This document shows, piece after piece, positions 11,936-22,155 of a stretch of 64,000 nt of DNA; positions within the stretch are counted from its first letter, which is position 1, and every line of letters starts with the position of its first letter. The position numbers were made by a program, and so were the translations under genes. This stretch comes from Vitrella brassicaformis CCMP3155 (lineage: Eukaryota > Protista > Chromerida). The notes under the pieces were generated by a model. It worked only from the letters and a program-made list of their open reading frames with translations. It did no database searches and was not told the DNA's origin. The stretch covers positions 62,001-126,000 of the forward strand of contig CDMY01000488.1 of assembly GCA_001179505.1 (NCBI GenBank), in the 5' to 3' direction.

Positions 11936-13779
11936 ATGGAGTGTGCGCTACGGGAAGAAAGTGAGGGAAATGTCAACGTTTTCATCGGCCACATCCCACA
12001 CGACGTCCCAGAGGTACTTAACGAAGAATGAACAAGCGACGCGATACTAGTATGCCATGAGTGGTTGGCTTCCTTTTTCCTTGTACCTTATCTCTCCTTC
12101 CCCCCCTCCCCCCAGGCTCTCCTTCGTAAGCTTCTCACCCAGTCTGGCAACGTTACCCATCTACGGTACTCCCTACGAAGCTGCTGCGTCAGGGGCAATG
12201 CAGTCCATGCTGTTGTCGGTCTCTCTGTGTGCACTCACTCACTGCAGGTACAACAGGTCGAAGAGGAGGTCAAAGATGGGCAACGCAGCCGTCACATTCG
12301 CAGACGAGGAGGCATGTCTAGACTGCATCAAGAGGTTCAACTCCCGACCGGTCTTCCCAGTATGCTTGATGGGGGGAAGACAGAAAGAAAGGAGAGGTTC
12401 AAACCCCTCTCTCTTTTTCAATCACCAGGGATGCAGTCGCGTAGCATCTGCCGAGCTCTTCGACAACTCCAGGCTCATGTGGAAGAACAAAACCAATTAT
12501 CTTCATTTCTCCTGGCACAGTCCCACACGCAGTTGCCCTGCCGACGACCCTCCCTGCGTCTCCCACACGCCATCCACTCCCTCCCCCGGCCCCTCACACA
12601 ACTCGCCCAACCTAGCCCCCTCCCAAGCGGCGGACGGCAAAATTGCCTCTCGCATCGAGAAATTGGCGCGACGAAGGCCGGTACAGACGCCTTCGACACT
12701 GTCATTTCTCGCGGAGTGCGAAGACAGACAAAGGGAGACATTGACAGACACCTTGCGGCCCTTGTCGTTCTCTATCACTGCCATGATGCCGCGCGCTGGC
12801 CGACCAGGAACAGTGGTGAGTCGAGAGACATACAGATGCCCAGAAAGGTCTCCTTTTTGATCGTTTCTGTGGTCGCGTGTTGCAGGCAAGTCCCGAAATG
12901 CAGCAAGTGCCGGCGATCAGTCGACGCCCAACTTCCGACGAGCCCCCGACTCACGACGACGGCCTTGGAGAGCTGCGCCAGGGTAGCGAGATCATCCCAC
13001 TCGCTTCGATTGCAAAGACATCCGGGATGTCTCCAATCGGCCCCGCGAAGCCTCTGACCGCGGCCGAGTGGAGGAGCTTCGGCCCAACGGATTGGACGCC
13101 CCTGACCGCCGGATTGCAAAACGGCTTGTATTGGTTGCGCCGCGAGAAGGTCGCCCTGATGCAGATGCGCATGCTCAAGGCCATCTGGGAGCGGTGGGGG
13201 GGCCACAACAATCGAATGAATGCACCAGCGCTCGTATGGCCTGCTGCGAATAGCGGGAGGGCCAGCAACAGTATGGAGTACCCCTACCAGTTCCCGCTTT
13301 GTCCGCTGGTCACCAAGAGCCGTCAGAGCAGCCTGCAGCTGACCAACGCCGGCAGTGACGACCCCCCGTCGCCTTTCTCGCTCAACAGTCTAGCTGACCG
13401 GCAGGAGGAGATGGCCGAGCGAGAGAGGGACAAGAGCAAAGACAATGCCCTGCATGCCCTGTTTGGTGATGGGACAACCACGAATGGGACGGTGCCGTCT
13501 CACACAGCAGCAGAAGCAGGACCAACGATCCGCATCAGCAACGTTCTGGCTGCCCAGGCCGCCCCTGCAGCGTCGTTTGTGCGTGCGATGGCCGAGGGGG
13601 CGGCTTCTGAGGTGTCAAGACTGTCAAGACAGTCCTCACAGAGGCAGTGGAGGAGCCGGTCGACGAACCAGGGCACCGGCCATGTGGGGAGGAAGAAACG
13701 GGGCGGGAGGAGAGGGAAACGATCCCTGCAGCAGGTCAGTCATGTCACGCAGGCAGAGGGAAAGAACAGAAATGCATAA
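11936..13779 (+). CDS. RRM-domain RNA-binding protein with long low-complexity C-terminus
   Basis: Spliced: MECALREESEGNVNVFIGHIPHDVPE|ALLRKLLTQSGNVTHLR|YNRSKRRSKMGNAAVTFADEEACLDCIKRFNSRPVF. RNP2 (VFIGHIP) and RNP1 (KMGNAAVTF) fit an RRM. The 3' end is uncertain. Confidence 0.7.
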
Positions 13780-13970
13780 CTGTGTCTCTCTTGGCTCTGT
13801 AGGTGAAAGCCCCCCGCGCTTCTTTCCTGTGTCCTGCTGACTGACGAGCCCCCCGACTGGGCTGTTTGTTGTCTGACTGAATGAAGCATGTACAAAGAAC
13901 AGCAATTGCCTGGTGGTCTCTTGTGAGCTTGGAATTGCAGTGGACGTGAAACTGAGGCGCAATGGTCCGG

Positions 13971-14270
13971 NNNNNNNNNNNNNNNNNNNNNNNNNNNNNN
14001 NNNNNNNNNNNNNNNNNNNNNNNNNNNNNNNNNNNNNNNNNNNNNNNNNNNNNNNNNNNNNNNNNNNNNNNNNNNNNNNNNNNNNNNNNNNNNNNNNNNN
14101 NNNNNNNNNNNNNNNNNNNNNNNNNNNNNNNNNNNNNNNNNNNNNNNNNNNNNNNNNNNNNNNNNNNNNNNNNNNNNNNNNNNNNNNNNNNNNNNNNNNN
14201 NNNNNNNNNNNNNNNNNNNNNNNNNNNNNNNNNNNNNNNNNNNNNNNNNNNNNNNNNNNNNNNNNNNNNN
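13971..14270. other. Assembly gap (300 N)
   Basis: Run of N. Confidence 1.
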
Positions 14271-15096
14271 AGGGGGGTGGTGGTGAGGGGTGTAAGTAAC
14301 TACCGTACGTATGTACTTATGTCTATCTCTTGGCTTGGCGACCGATTCAGTCACTCGCTTGTTGATTGGTTGACTGCGCTGCTCTGCTGTCTCGGTTTGA
14401 CTGTCCAGCGTCTATAGAATACGTATGTTTACAGATATGTACATACATACCATTCATATTACTGCATGAATGACTGCTCAGGGAGAGGTTGAGTGGGGTG
14501 CCGTGAGCAATGGCCAATGATCGGCACATCCCTCAACCTATCCAGTACTAACCTACCTTCCTACCTACCTACCTACCTGTCTGTCTGTCAGTGTCTCTAT
14601 CCGGATGTCGGTCGTTGCCTCGTATACGGAGAATTCGCTGGGGTTGGCATATACATATACATATTATGTGTGTGCATCGAGTGGATACGTACACACATAC
14701 ATACGTACACACATACGTATATACATACAAATGCGTGTAGTGCGCTCAGTGCACCCATCCTACCATGACCGACTGACATGACACTATACGCGCTTCCTCT
14801 GAAGGCTGTCCGGTGTGTTCAAGATGAGTAAGGTGTCCTCTATGTTCCGCACACAACCGCGGTACATTCATAGAATGTTCGTCTCCGTCTTGATGTGACG
14901 GCCGATGCCGTGTCATCGGCCCGCGGCCGATAACGGGGCCAATGAAACGGCTCCGGACGGGGCATCAAGACGGAAATGAACACGCACACAGAAGTTGGAC
15001 TGTATGAGGCAAGACACACTCTCTTATACACACAAATCCATCCAGAGCCACTCGTCCAACGCGCCTGTCCGCCACTATCTACATACTCGTCGGTGG

Positions 15097-16577
15097 CTAT
15101 CTCTTGACCCTCTTGGCGGCAGGCTCCTCTCCCTGTCCACCGCCCTCCCCTGCAGCAGCCCCATGAACAACATTGCCGCCACCACCACCACTGCCAGTGG
15201 CACCACCAGTGTCAGAACGCCTCATCCTCTCAGGCAGCTCGGGCACTACAGGCGTCTCCACACCTGTTTTCTGCTGCAGCTGCTGCAGATAGCCCAGGAG
15301 GAATGCCGGCCACTTCTCTTCCTCGTAGACCAATGGGTGCCTGCAAAGGACAGCACATGACTGTAAAAATGGACGCTCGCCGCGGTGTGGCGCTCACTTG
15401 TCGTAGATGTCACTCGACGATGCTCCAAAGGGACGGGAGGGGATGCTCAATGGCCTGGACCACACGGACGGCAGGAGCCATCTGACACGCTTTGTTGTTG
15501 GTCAGTTTGTGTCCTCACTCACACTGGGAAGGCGGTGAGCACTTTCCGGAAGGTCAGCTGCGCCTCGTATACGGCATCCGTCTTGGTGTGCTCAAACTGA
15601 CACATCAACACACACACGCACACACGCACACACAACATTGGCACCTCCTTTGTGTCGTAGGTCAAGGGCTCCGTCATGTGTCACTCACCAGCAGCAGCGG
15701 TGCTGCAGGAGATCCGAACCTAGTGCCCTTGACGCCTTGGAAGTAGACGGTGCCAACGATGACCCGAATGCCCTCCCAGTAAGGCCCCTCAGGCATCTCC
15801 AGCCGCTCACCAGACACGACAGTGCTCGGCCTGAGCAGACACACAGACAACACAGGACACATACGCTAGTTCGCCCTCCCCTCATTTGTGTCTGTCCTTC
15901 TGTTTGCCGACTTCTCCTCAAATATGCCGAGTGCCTCCAGCAATGAAGGCAGCCTCAGGTCGCCACCAAACAGCTGCCATGGGCCGCTCGACGCATCATC
16001 GTCACGAGAGATGGAGGTGAAGGGGTCGGCGGCCAGGCCCCACGGATCACCGGCAACCTCGGCCCTGATTCTCCTGCGCTTGAGCGTCCTCGGGGTCAGA
16101 TCACCAGCCTGCATTCAGGACAAGAGAGCGGTGGTGCTATAGTGGGAGGCTGACCGTCCTCGTGTACCTTCTTGGTGTTTGACAGAATGTAGGCCCGCCC
16201 CGGGCAGTCTGACAGCTCCATCGTGTAGAACTCCCGCCCCGCACCGCCGGCGTCTGCCGTGACAGCAGCTCTGTTGAAGAAGTGGCGGAACGAAGCCGAC
16301 CAGCTGCCGCTGCTCACTGCACCATAGCCCTGCAGTAGCAACACAGATGCGGACGGTGCCTGAGATCTCAAGTGTGTCTGCCTTTTTGACAAGTGTGTCT
16401 GTCTGACCATGAGTGCCTTCTTGACTGCCTCGGCCGTCTCCGATGGCTGCAGAGGGGGCTGCCCTGGTGTGCGGATGAAGTCAACAGACCTGACACATAC
16501 ATGGGACAACAACAACAGCGGTGTCAAGTGAAATGCATCCCGGAGCCCTGCATCTCGACCTACCACTTGACGACCAT
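15097..16577 (-). CDS. Probable Mediator subunit Med20-like protein
   Basis: Spliced: MVVKW|SVDFIRTPGQPP..KKALM|GYGAVSSGSWSASFRHF..GREFYTMELSDCPGRAYIL..LLEALGIFEEK..GIRVIVGTVYF. From memory this resembles plant Med20 (M-x-V-K-W start, G-x-W motif, R-[DE]-F-x-x-x-x-L-x-D-x-P-x-x-x-Y). Phases are consistent to TAG at 15097. No search was run. Confidence 0.6.
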
Positions 16578-16696
16578 TTGGCTCAGCGCATCCACAGATC
16601 TTCGGGGGAAAGGGAGAGGTCAAGCAACTTCCTTGAATCATTGCGAGCTCGGTGCTGAGGGAGGAGAGTGAAAGATCTCTGCGATTCTGTTCCGCG

Positions 16697-17008
16697 ATGC
16701 CTCAGCAGCCCACCCCTGTCGCGCCGAAGGCTGTGCAGCCGTCCCAGTCGCCCAACGCAGTACCGCCGCAGCAGATTCCCAACCACGCAGGGATGCACCC
16801 AACACCCATCCCCAACCACGCTGGCTTCGCCAGCGCACCACCCCAGCACCAGATGGTCGGCCAGACAGCCACAGCAGCTGATGCGCCAACTCCTAACCCC
16901 GCGATGGCGCTGGGCAGCCCTGACCCCTTCATCGCTCTGTCAGGTCAGAATGGGAAGCGCAGGGACGTCCGAGATGGATGGATGGCACATGACACGTGTG
17001 TGTGCGTG

Positions 17009-17042
<34 letters not shown>

Positions 17043-18205
17043 ATGCCACCCTGCAGGTATGAACAAGGTGCAGGTGAGTGAGAAGGTGCGAGCCCTCGAG
17101 GCCGTCATCGGATGGGAGCAGAACAATGTGTAAGCCACGCAAGGCAGCCAGTGAGTGAATGAATGATGCGACGGGCCAGCGACGTATAGGCAGGCAGGCG
17201 CACGTGGTGTGTGTGTGTGTGTGTGTGTTTCTGTGTGGCTGTCTGTCGTGTGCGCGTCAGGTTTCGCATCAAGAATGAGTTTGGTGCTGACGTGATGGTG
17301 GCCAAGGAGGAGACCGAGTGGTACAAGAGGAACTGCTGCCTGTAAGCACACCACACTGACTGACAACACCACTGACAGACAAGCTGTGTATTGGCTGGCT
17401 GATTGCTTTGTTAACCATCTTCAGTGGTGACTGCCGTCCGTGGGACGTTGATGTCGCTCTCTGCCCGGTGGCTGGCGCACCGCCCGCGCCCTTTATCCAT
17501 CTGCAGCGGAAGTGGTCCCTGACCTGCTGCTGCATCGGACGGCCAAAGGTCACCGTCACCGACGTCACCACAAGTGAGGGAGGGCAAGAGTGCAGCCAGA
17601 AGGAAGGAGTTAAAGAAATGCCTGTACGTATTTGTTGTCGCCGCTCATGTGTGGGTGGGTGCAGATCAGAAGTTGGGATCGGTGTCTGACCCGTGGCACT
17701 GCTGCGATGTCACCTTCGTCATCAGGGACCACCAGGGCCGCAAGATAATGCGCGTGAGGGGCGGCGGCTGCCAGTGCGGGTGGTGCTGCCACTGTCCATG
17801 CGGTCAGCCAGCAGACAGACGGGCCAGGCCACAAAACACACCCCAAACACACACGCCACACGGATGTCTCTCTCTGCGTGTTCAGGTCCGTGCCGGAAGA
17901 TCAAGTTTCCCGTCTTCGACGCCAAGACGGGCAGGGAGATTGCGTCCATCAGACACGTCAGCCCAGCCCTGACAGACCGATATCACTCACGACACGCATC
18001 CCCATGGGATGGGCGTGTGTGTCGTTGTCTGTCTGTGTGTCAGGAGTGGGGCGGGCTGTTCAAGTCGATGTGCACCGACGCCGACGACTACTGGATTGAC
18101 TTCGGTGAGGTGCAGGACCCCCGGTGGAAGAGCCTCCTCATCGCCACGGCCCTGTTCCTCGACTTCCGCTACTTCAGCAGAGGGGCCGACGGGCTGGCCG
18201 CCTGA
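16697..18205 (+). CDS. Phospholipid scramblase (PLSCR family)
   Basis: Pro/Gln-rich N-terminus, then VQVSEKVRALEAVIGWEQNNV|FRIKNEFG..KEETEWYKRNCC, Cys clusters (TCCC, HCC, CQCGWCCHCPC), and EWGGLFKSMCTDADDYWIDF..KSLLIATALFLDFRYF, which is the scramblase signature. Confidence 0.92.
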
Positions 18206-19256
18206 GTGATCTGTGTGTGTGTAGTGGGCGGCTCTCGCACCGTCCTTGTACCTGTATATCTATCTCCGTGTAGAGGTCGGCAGATGGCCAGTGAGTGAGG
18301 TGGTGTGATTGATGTGCGGATGCGGGGCCTGCAGTGTTCTTTATCAGTCAGTTGTGATCGATATCCTTTTAATTAAATGGCAGAAGGGAAGGCATCACGG
18401 TGTAGAGTTGTGAGCCCGTGTGTGTGTGTATTGTTTTATCAAGGCGGGTCGCTCCGAAGGATAGTGAAGGAGTGTTTGTCTGGTGACTTATTTCTTCGTC
18501 TGGGGTGGGTGTCGCCTTCACTTTTTATCACATGGCGCTGTGCTGTGTCTAGGAGACTCACTGGATGACGCAAAGAGAACGAAATGAGGGACCAACTGGC
18601 TGGGAGGGGAGAATGAACCAAATCCATTACACTAATGGAAGAGTCAATCAATCGTCCAGGCACACCACACGAGTGCATCACACACTCCAGGCTGTCGTGT
18701 GTGTTGTCCGTGCATTGCGCCGGCATGCGGCACGCAAAGTGAAAACCTCGCGAAACAAGGCTCTCACCTGACGTGCCCACTCCCAGAGCCACGCCCGAAC
18801 ACCAACAGAAAGCCAGCGTGAGACGGACCAACCACTGGGGCGTACAGACAGATACACTCTCCCCTCGCCATTCTGTACATCAAGGAAGACTTCATTGCGC
18901 AGACTCGTCCAACAATCCGCCACGCACATGCCACACCACACCACATCACGTCACACGCCACGGCTATCTGCCTGTCTGTCACCTCCGCTTCGAGTGAGTC
19001 GGTAAAAAATCAAAAGCGCTATCACAATAAACCCACCCACTCAACACATGGCGACTTTCCTGTCTGTCTGTCCGTTCATCTGACTGCGCGTGCCGTGCCG
19101 TGCCGTGCCGCCTTGAAGCCAGTGCTGGCCGCCATTATTCTATTTATGTACAGAGACCCTCGCGCGGGATATGTGCCGAGGGGGGAGGCCGGGGGGGTGA
19201 GGGTTGGCCGGCGGGCGGGCGGAGCGTTGTGTGCCGCGATTGATGGGATGGGACCG

Positions 19257-19877
19257 TTACGCCGATCCCTTGCCCTTTCCCTTGCCTTTGCCCTTCCCCG
19301 CACCTGGCGGCTTGGTCTCCAGAACCTAGAGGGAGGGGCACACACGCACACAAAAGTCGGTGCATCGATCTGACAGGGCTATGTGTGGCCGCGTGTGTGT
19401 GGATGTGACTGACCGACCTCGTCAAGGGCGAAGTTGTTAGTATTGACGCCAGCGTAGTTGATGGCAGTGAAGCGGACAGTGACGGGATACCGCACCTCGG
19501 GGTTCTTGTCAACCACCACAACATTGCCCTCCTTACCGTACCTGACAAACAAGATCACACACATCAGTCACACACAACACAATCACGACAGATGCACCAA
19601 CCACACTCAGTCGTGATTCCCTCTCGCATCCCTCCGCCCTCTATGCCTTTCTGCTGACATACCAGTAGCTCTCTGGTCGTGTGATCCTCACAGTGGACCC
19701 CTTGGCGACCATCTGTGGCGCGGTCTTCGGTGCAGGTCTCGCCGCAGCAGCATTGGACGCACCCACACCCAGCCTGGTCGGTGGCACGAAAGCAGAGCCA
19801 CTGGCGCGGCGCAGCGACACGCAAGACGACAGCACCACCAGGGACGCCAAGACGGCGACAGACACCAGGAGCTTCAT
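19257..19877 (-). CDS. psaE: Photosystem I subunit IV, nuclear-encoded, with bipartite plastid-targeting leader
   Basis: Three exons: [44 protein letters not shown]|[40 protein letters not shown]|[22 protein letters not shown]. The PsaE motifs R-x-ESYWY, RYPVxVRF and NTNNF are intact. Confidence 0.93.
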
Positions 19878-20304
19878 CGTGTTGCTTGCCTCACGGAAAA
19901 TCGGGGGGGTAGAGCCGCTCAAGTGGGCCTTTTGCTTGTCCCTACGACTGCCTTCCAATGCCTTCAGAGATCTGCAGGGGGGGAACGCGAATCGCTTCAG
20001 GAGGTCGTAAATTGACGCGGATCGATGGCCTAAAAGGGCGAATTCGCGGCTTTGGTCGGCTGGATCTCTCGCGGCACAGGTTTGTGCACGCGCTGGCGCA
20101 CCGTCTGCAATGATAGAGCGGGCTTGATTATCCCCTCTGAAACCCTGAAACCCCATAAACCCTGCAGAATGCATGTGTGTTTGCCGTTGCTGGTGTCTGC
20201 CTCTGTGTTTGGATCCATAGGTGACCATGCAGACAGCCATTGTCGGCCCCAGCCGAATCCTTTGCCTCTCACGCCTGTACATCTGTTATTCTGCAGGTCG
20301 CAAG

Positions 20305-21482
20305 ATGGGTCAGGTGCTTGAGGTGATGGCCAGGTCCAGGCCGGTCAACTCGTCCAGCAAGAGCCTTCACGAGCTCAGTGCCAAGACACTCGACGGGTGA
20401 GTGAGTACAAGAGGGGGCAACTGTTTTACAGCGCCGCTACTACAGCAGGCGAGGAACTGACTGATTCATGTCGTGTGTCTGTGTGTCTGTGTGTGGGGAT
20501 GTAATGTCTACGGCACGCAGGGCCACGGTCAACTTCAAGGACTATGCGGGCAAGGTCCTGCTCGTCACCAACGTGGCATCCAAATGAGGCCTCACCAAGG
20601 TGAGGTGACAACAACACCATACACACAAGAGGCGAAAGACCCGGTATTCTTCACCCACCGCCTGTCTGGCTGCCTGTCTGCCTGTCTGCCTGTGTCTGTT
20701 GATGGCTTCCTTCAGGCCCACTACACCCAATTCACGGAGATCTGGCAGCAGTACCAGGACCGCTTCAAGGGAGGGGAGGGGAAGGAGGAGGGCGGCTTCG
20801 AGATATTCGCTTTTCCGTGCGCTCAGTTTGCCAACCAGGTAGGTACAGACACACACATGCGACGTCCACTGCCACCAGGCTGCACGTGGTGTGGTGCTGT
20901 TCGGCTGGCATGGCAGGAGTTCCCAGACGCGGCCGACATCAAGAAATTCGTCGCGGCTTACAACATTCCTGAGAAGTACAATGTCAGAATGATGGAGAAA
21001 ATCGACGGTGCGTCACTCGTCAGGCCATTGGTCGATCTCGCTGCATGGGTGGGTGGCTGTTGCCTTGTCGGTTTGTGTGGGTGCAGTGAACGGTCCGAAT
21101 ATGCATCCGGTGTTTTCGTTTCTCAAGTACCACTCCAGCCTCTATGACGACCAGTCCAAGACGGCCAAGGACATCTCGTGGAACTTCGGTAGTCACACAG
21201 AGACGACAGCGGTTGACACACACGAGACAGACAGACGCTGTTGCTTCTGCTGGTCGTCAATCACTCACCAGGGAAGTTTTTGGTGGACCAGGAGGGCCAT
21301 GTCGTCAAGTACTACGGGCCGCAAGTCATGCCTAAGTAAGTGAAGCGACCACCGTTGATGTGATGTCACGAACCTATCTCTCTTTCACGCTGCCATTCCC
21401 AACTGTCAGGTCGTTCATTCCGGACATCGACCAGGTCATCGCTCGTGCGCTGCGCGGGTTCGTCCGCCCACCCCCACAGTGA
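20305..21482 (+). CDS. GPX: Selenocysteine-containing glutathione peroxidase
   Basis: Spliced: ..SLHELSAKTLDG|ATVNFKDYAGKVLLVTNVASK-U-GLTK|AHYTQF..FEIFAFPCAQFANQ|EFP..KID|VNG..HPVFSFLK..DISWNFG|KFLVDQEGHVVKYY... All three GPx signature motifs are present. An in-frame upstream ATG at 20227 could add 26 aa. Confidence 0.95.
20585..20587 (+). other. In-frame UGA at the GPx catalytic position (Sec codon)
   Basis: AAC GTG GCA TCC AAA TGA GGC CTC ACC AAG|gt = NVASK-U-GLTK, mid-exon, at the residue that is Cys or Sec in GPx enzymes. Confidence 0.93.
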
Positions 21483-21573
21483 GTGAACAATCGAAAGAGG
21501 TAGCCCGGTTGCCCTGACGCCCGCCGTCTCCCTCTCCGCCCTCCTGCCCCCATCTTCGCTTGCCTTGCCGCGG

Positions 21574-21624
21574 ATGATGGCTGCACCGTCAAACCCCCCA
21601 TAACGGGGCTCGGTGCGGCCTGAG
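21574..21624 (+). promoter_or_regulatory. SECIS element (form II) in the GPx 3' UTR
   Basis: ATGA-T core (21574-78); 10-bp helix ggctgcaccg (21579-88) pairing with cggtgcggcc (21611-20, one G-U); unpaired AAA (21591-93); cccc/gggg mini-stem; closing TGAG (21621-24). Starts about 90 nt after the stop codon. Confidence 0.9.
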
Positions 21625-22155
21625 AGCTTCCCTGGCCTGCCGGTCGGCTGTGTGGCTCCCTATGGGTGTAGGGGGGGCTGCGCCGCCGGCCGGTGGAAAG
21701 GGGAGGAGAGCGAGGCAACGTGACTTGGGGGAGGGAGGGAGGGGGAGAGGGAGATGGGGATGACGGGCGGTCCGAGGTTTTTTCGGTGCGGGCTCGTTTC
21801 GTGCGGTATGTATTTTGGTATTGTGTGTGTGTGTGTCTGTTGCGCAAGTTTGTATTTGTCGGTCGGTCGATCGTGAGGCTAGGACTGATGGATGGATGGA
21901 TGGTCGATGGCTGCAATGCAGCTACATGTAATTGTATTCTGTTTGGATGACTGTGAGCGACTCGAGATCGATTCAACGCGATTGCTGCTGGTGTCCATCA
22001 TTCGCCTTTAATCATTCGCCCATCCCTCTTAGAAAAGAGGCGTCAGCCACGACAGCGCAGAAGCAGCCAGCCAGACAGGCAGGTCGGCAGGCAGGCAGGC
22101 AGGCAGCTATGGGACATCCATCTACCTATCTACATCTAATCAGCCAGTGAGTCAG

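Noticed and set aside
14270-14800. Short ORFs and CATA/CTAC repeats after the first gap
   Set aside because: Microsatellite-derived, lower GC, no coding pattern; intergenic.
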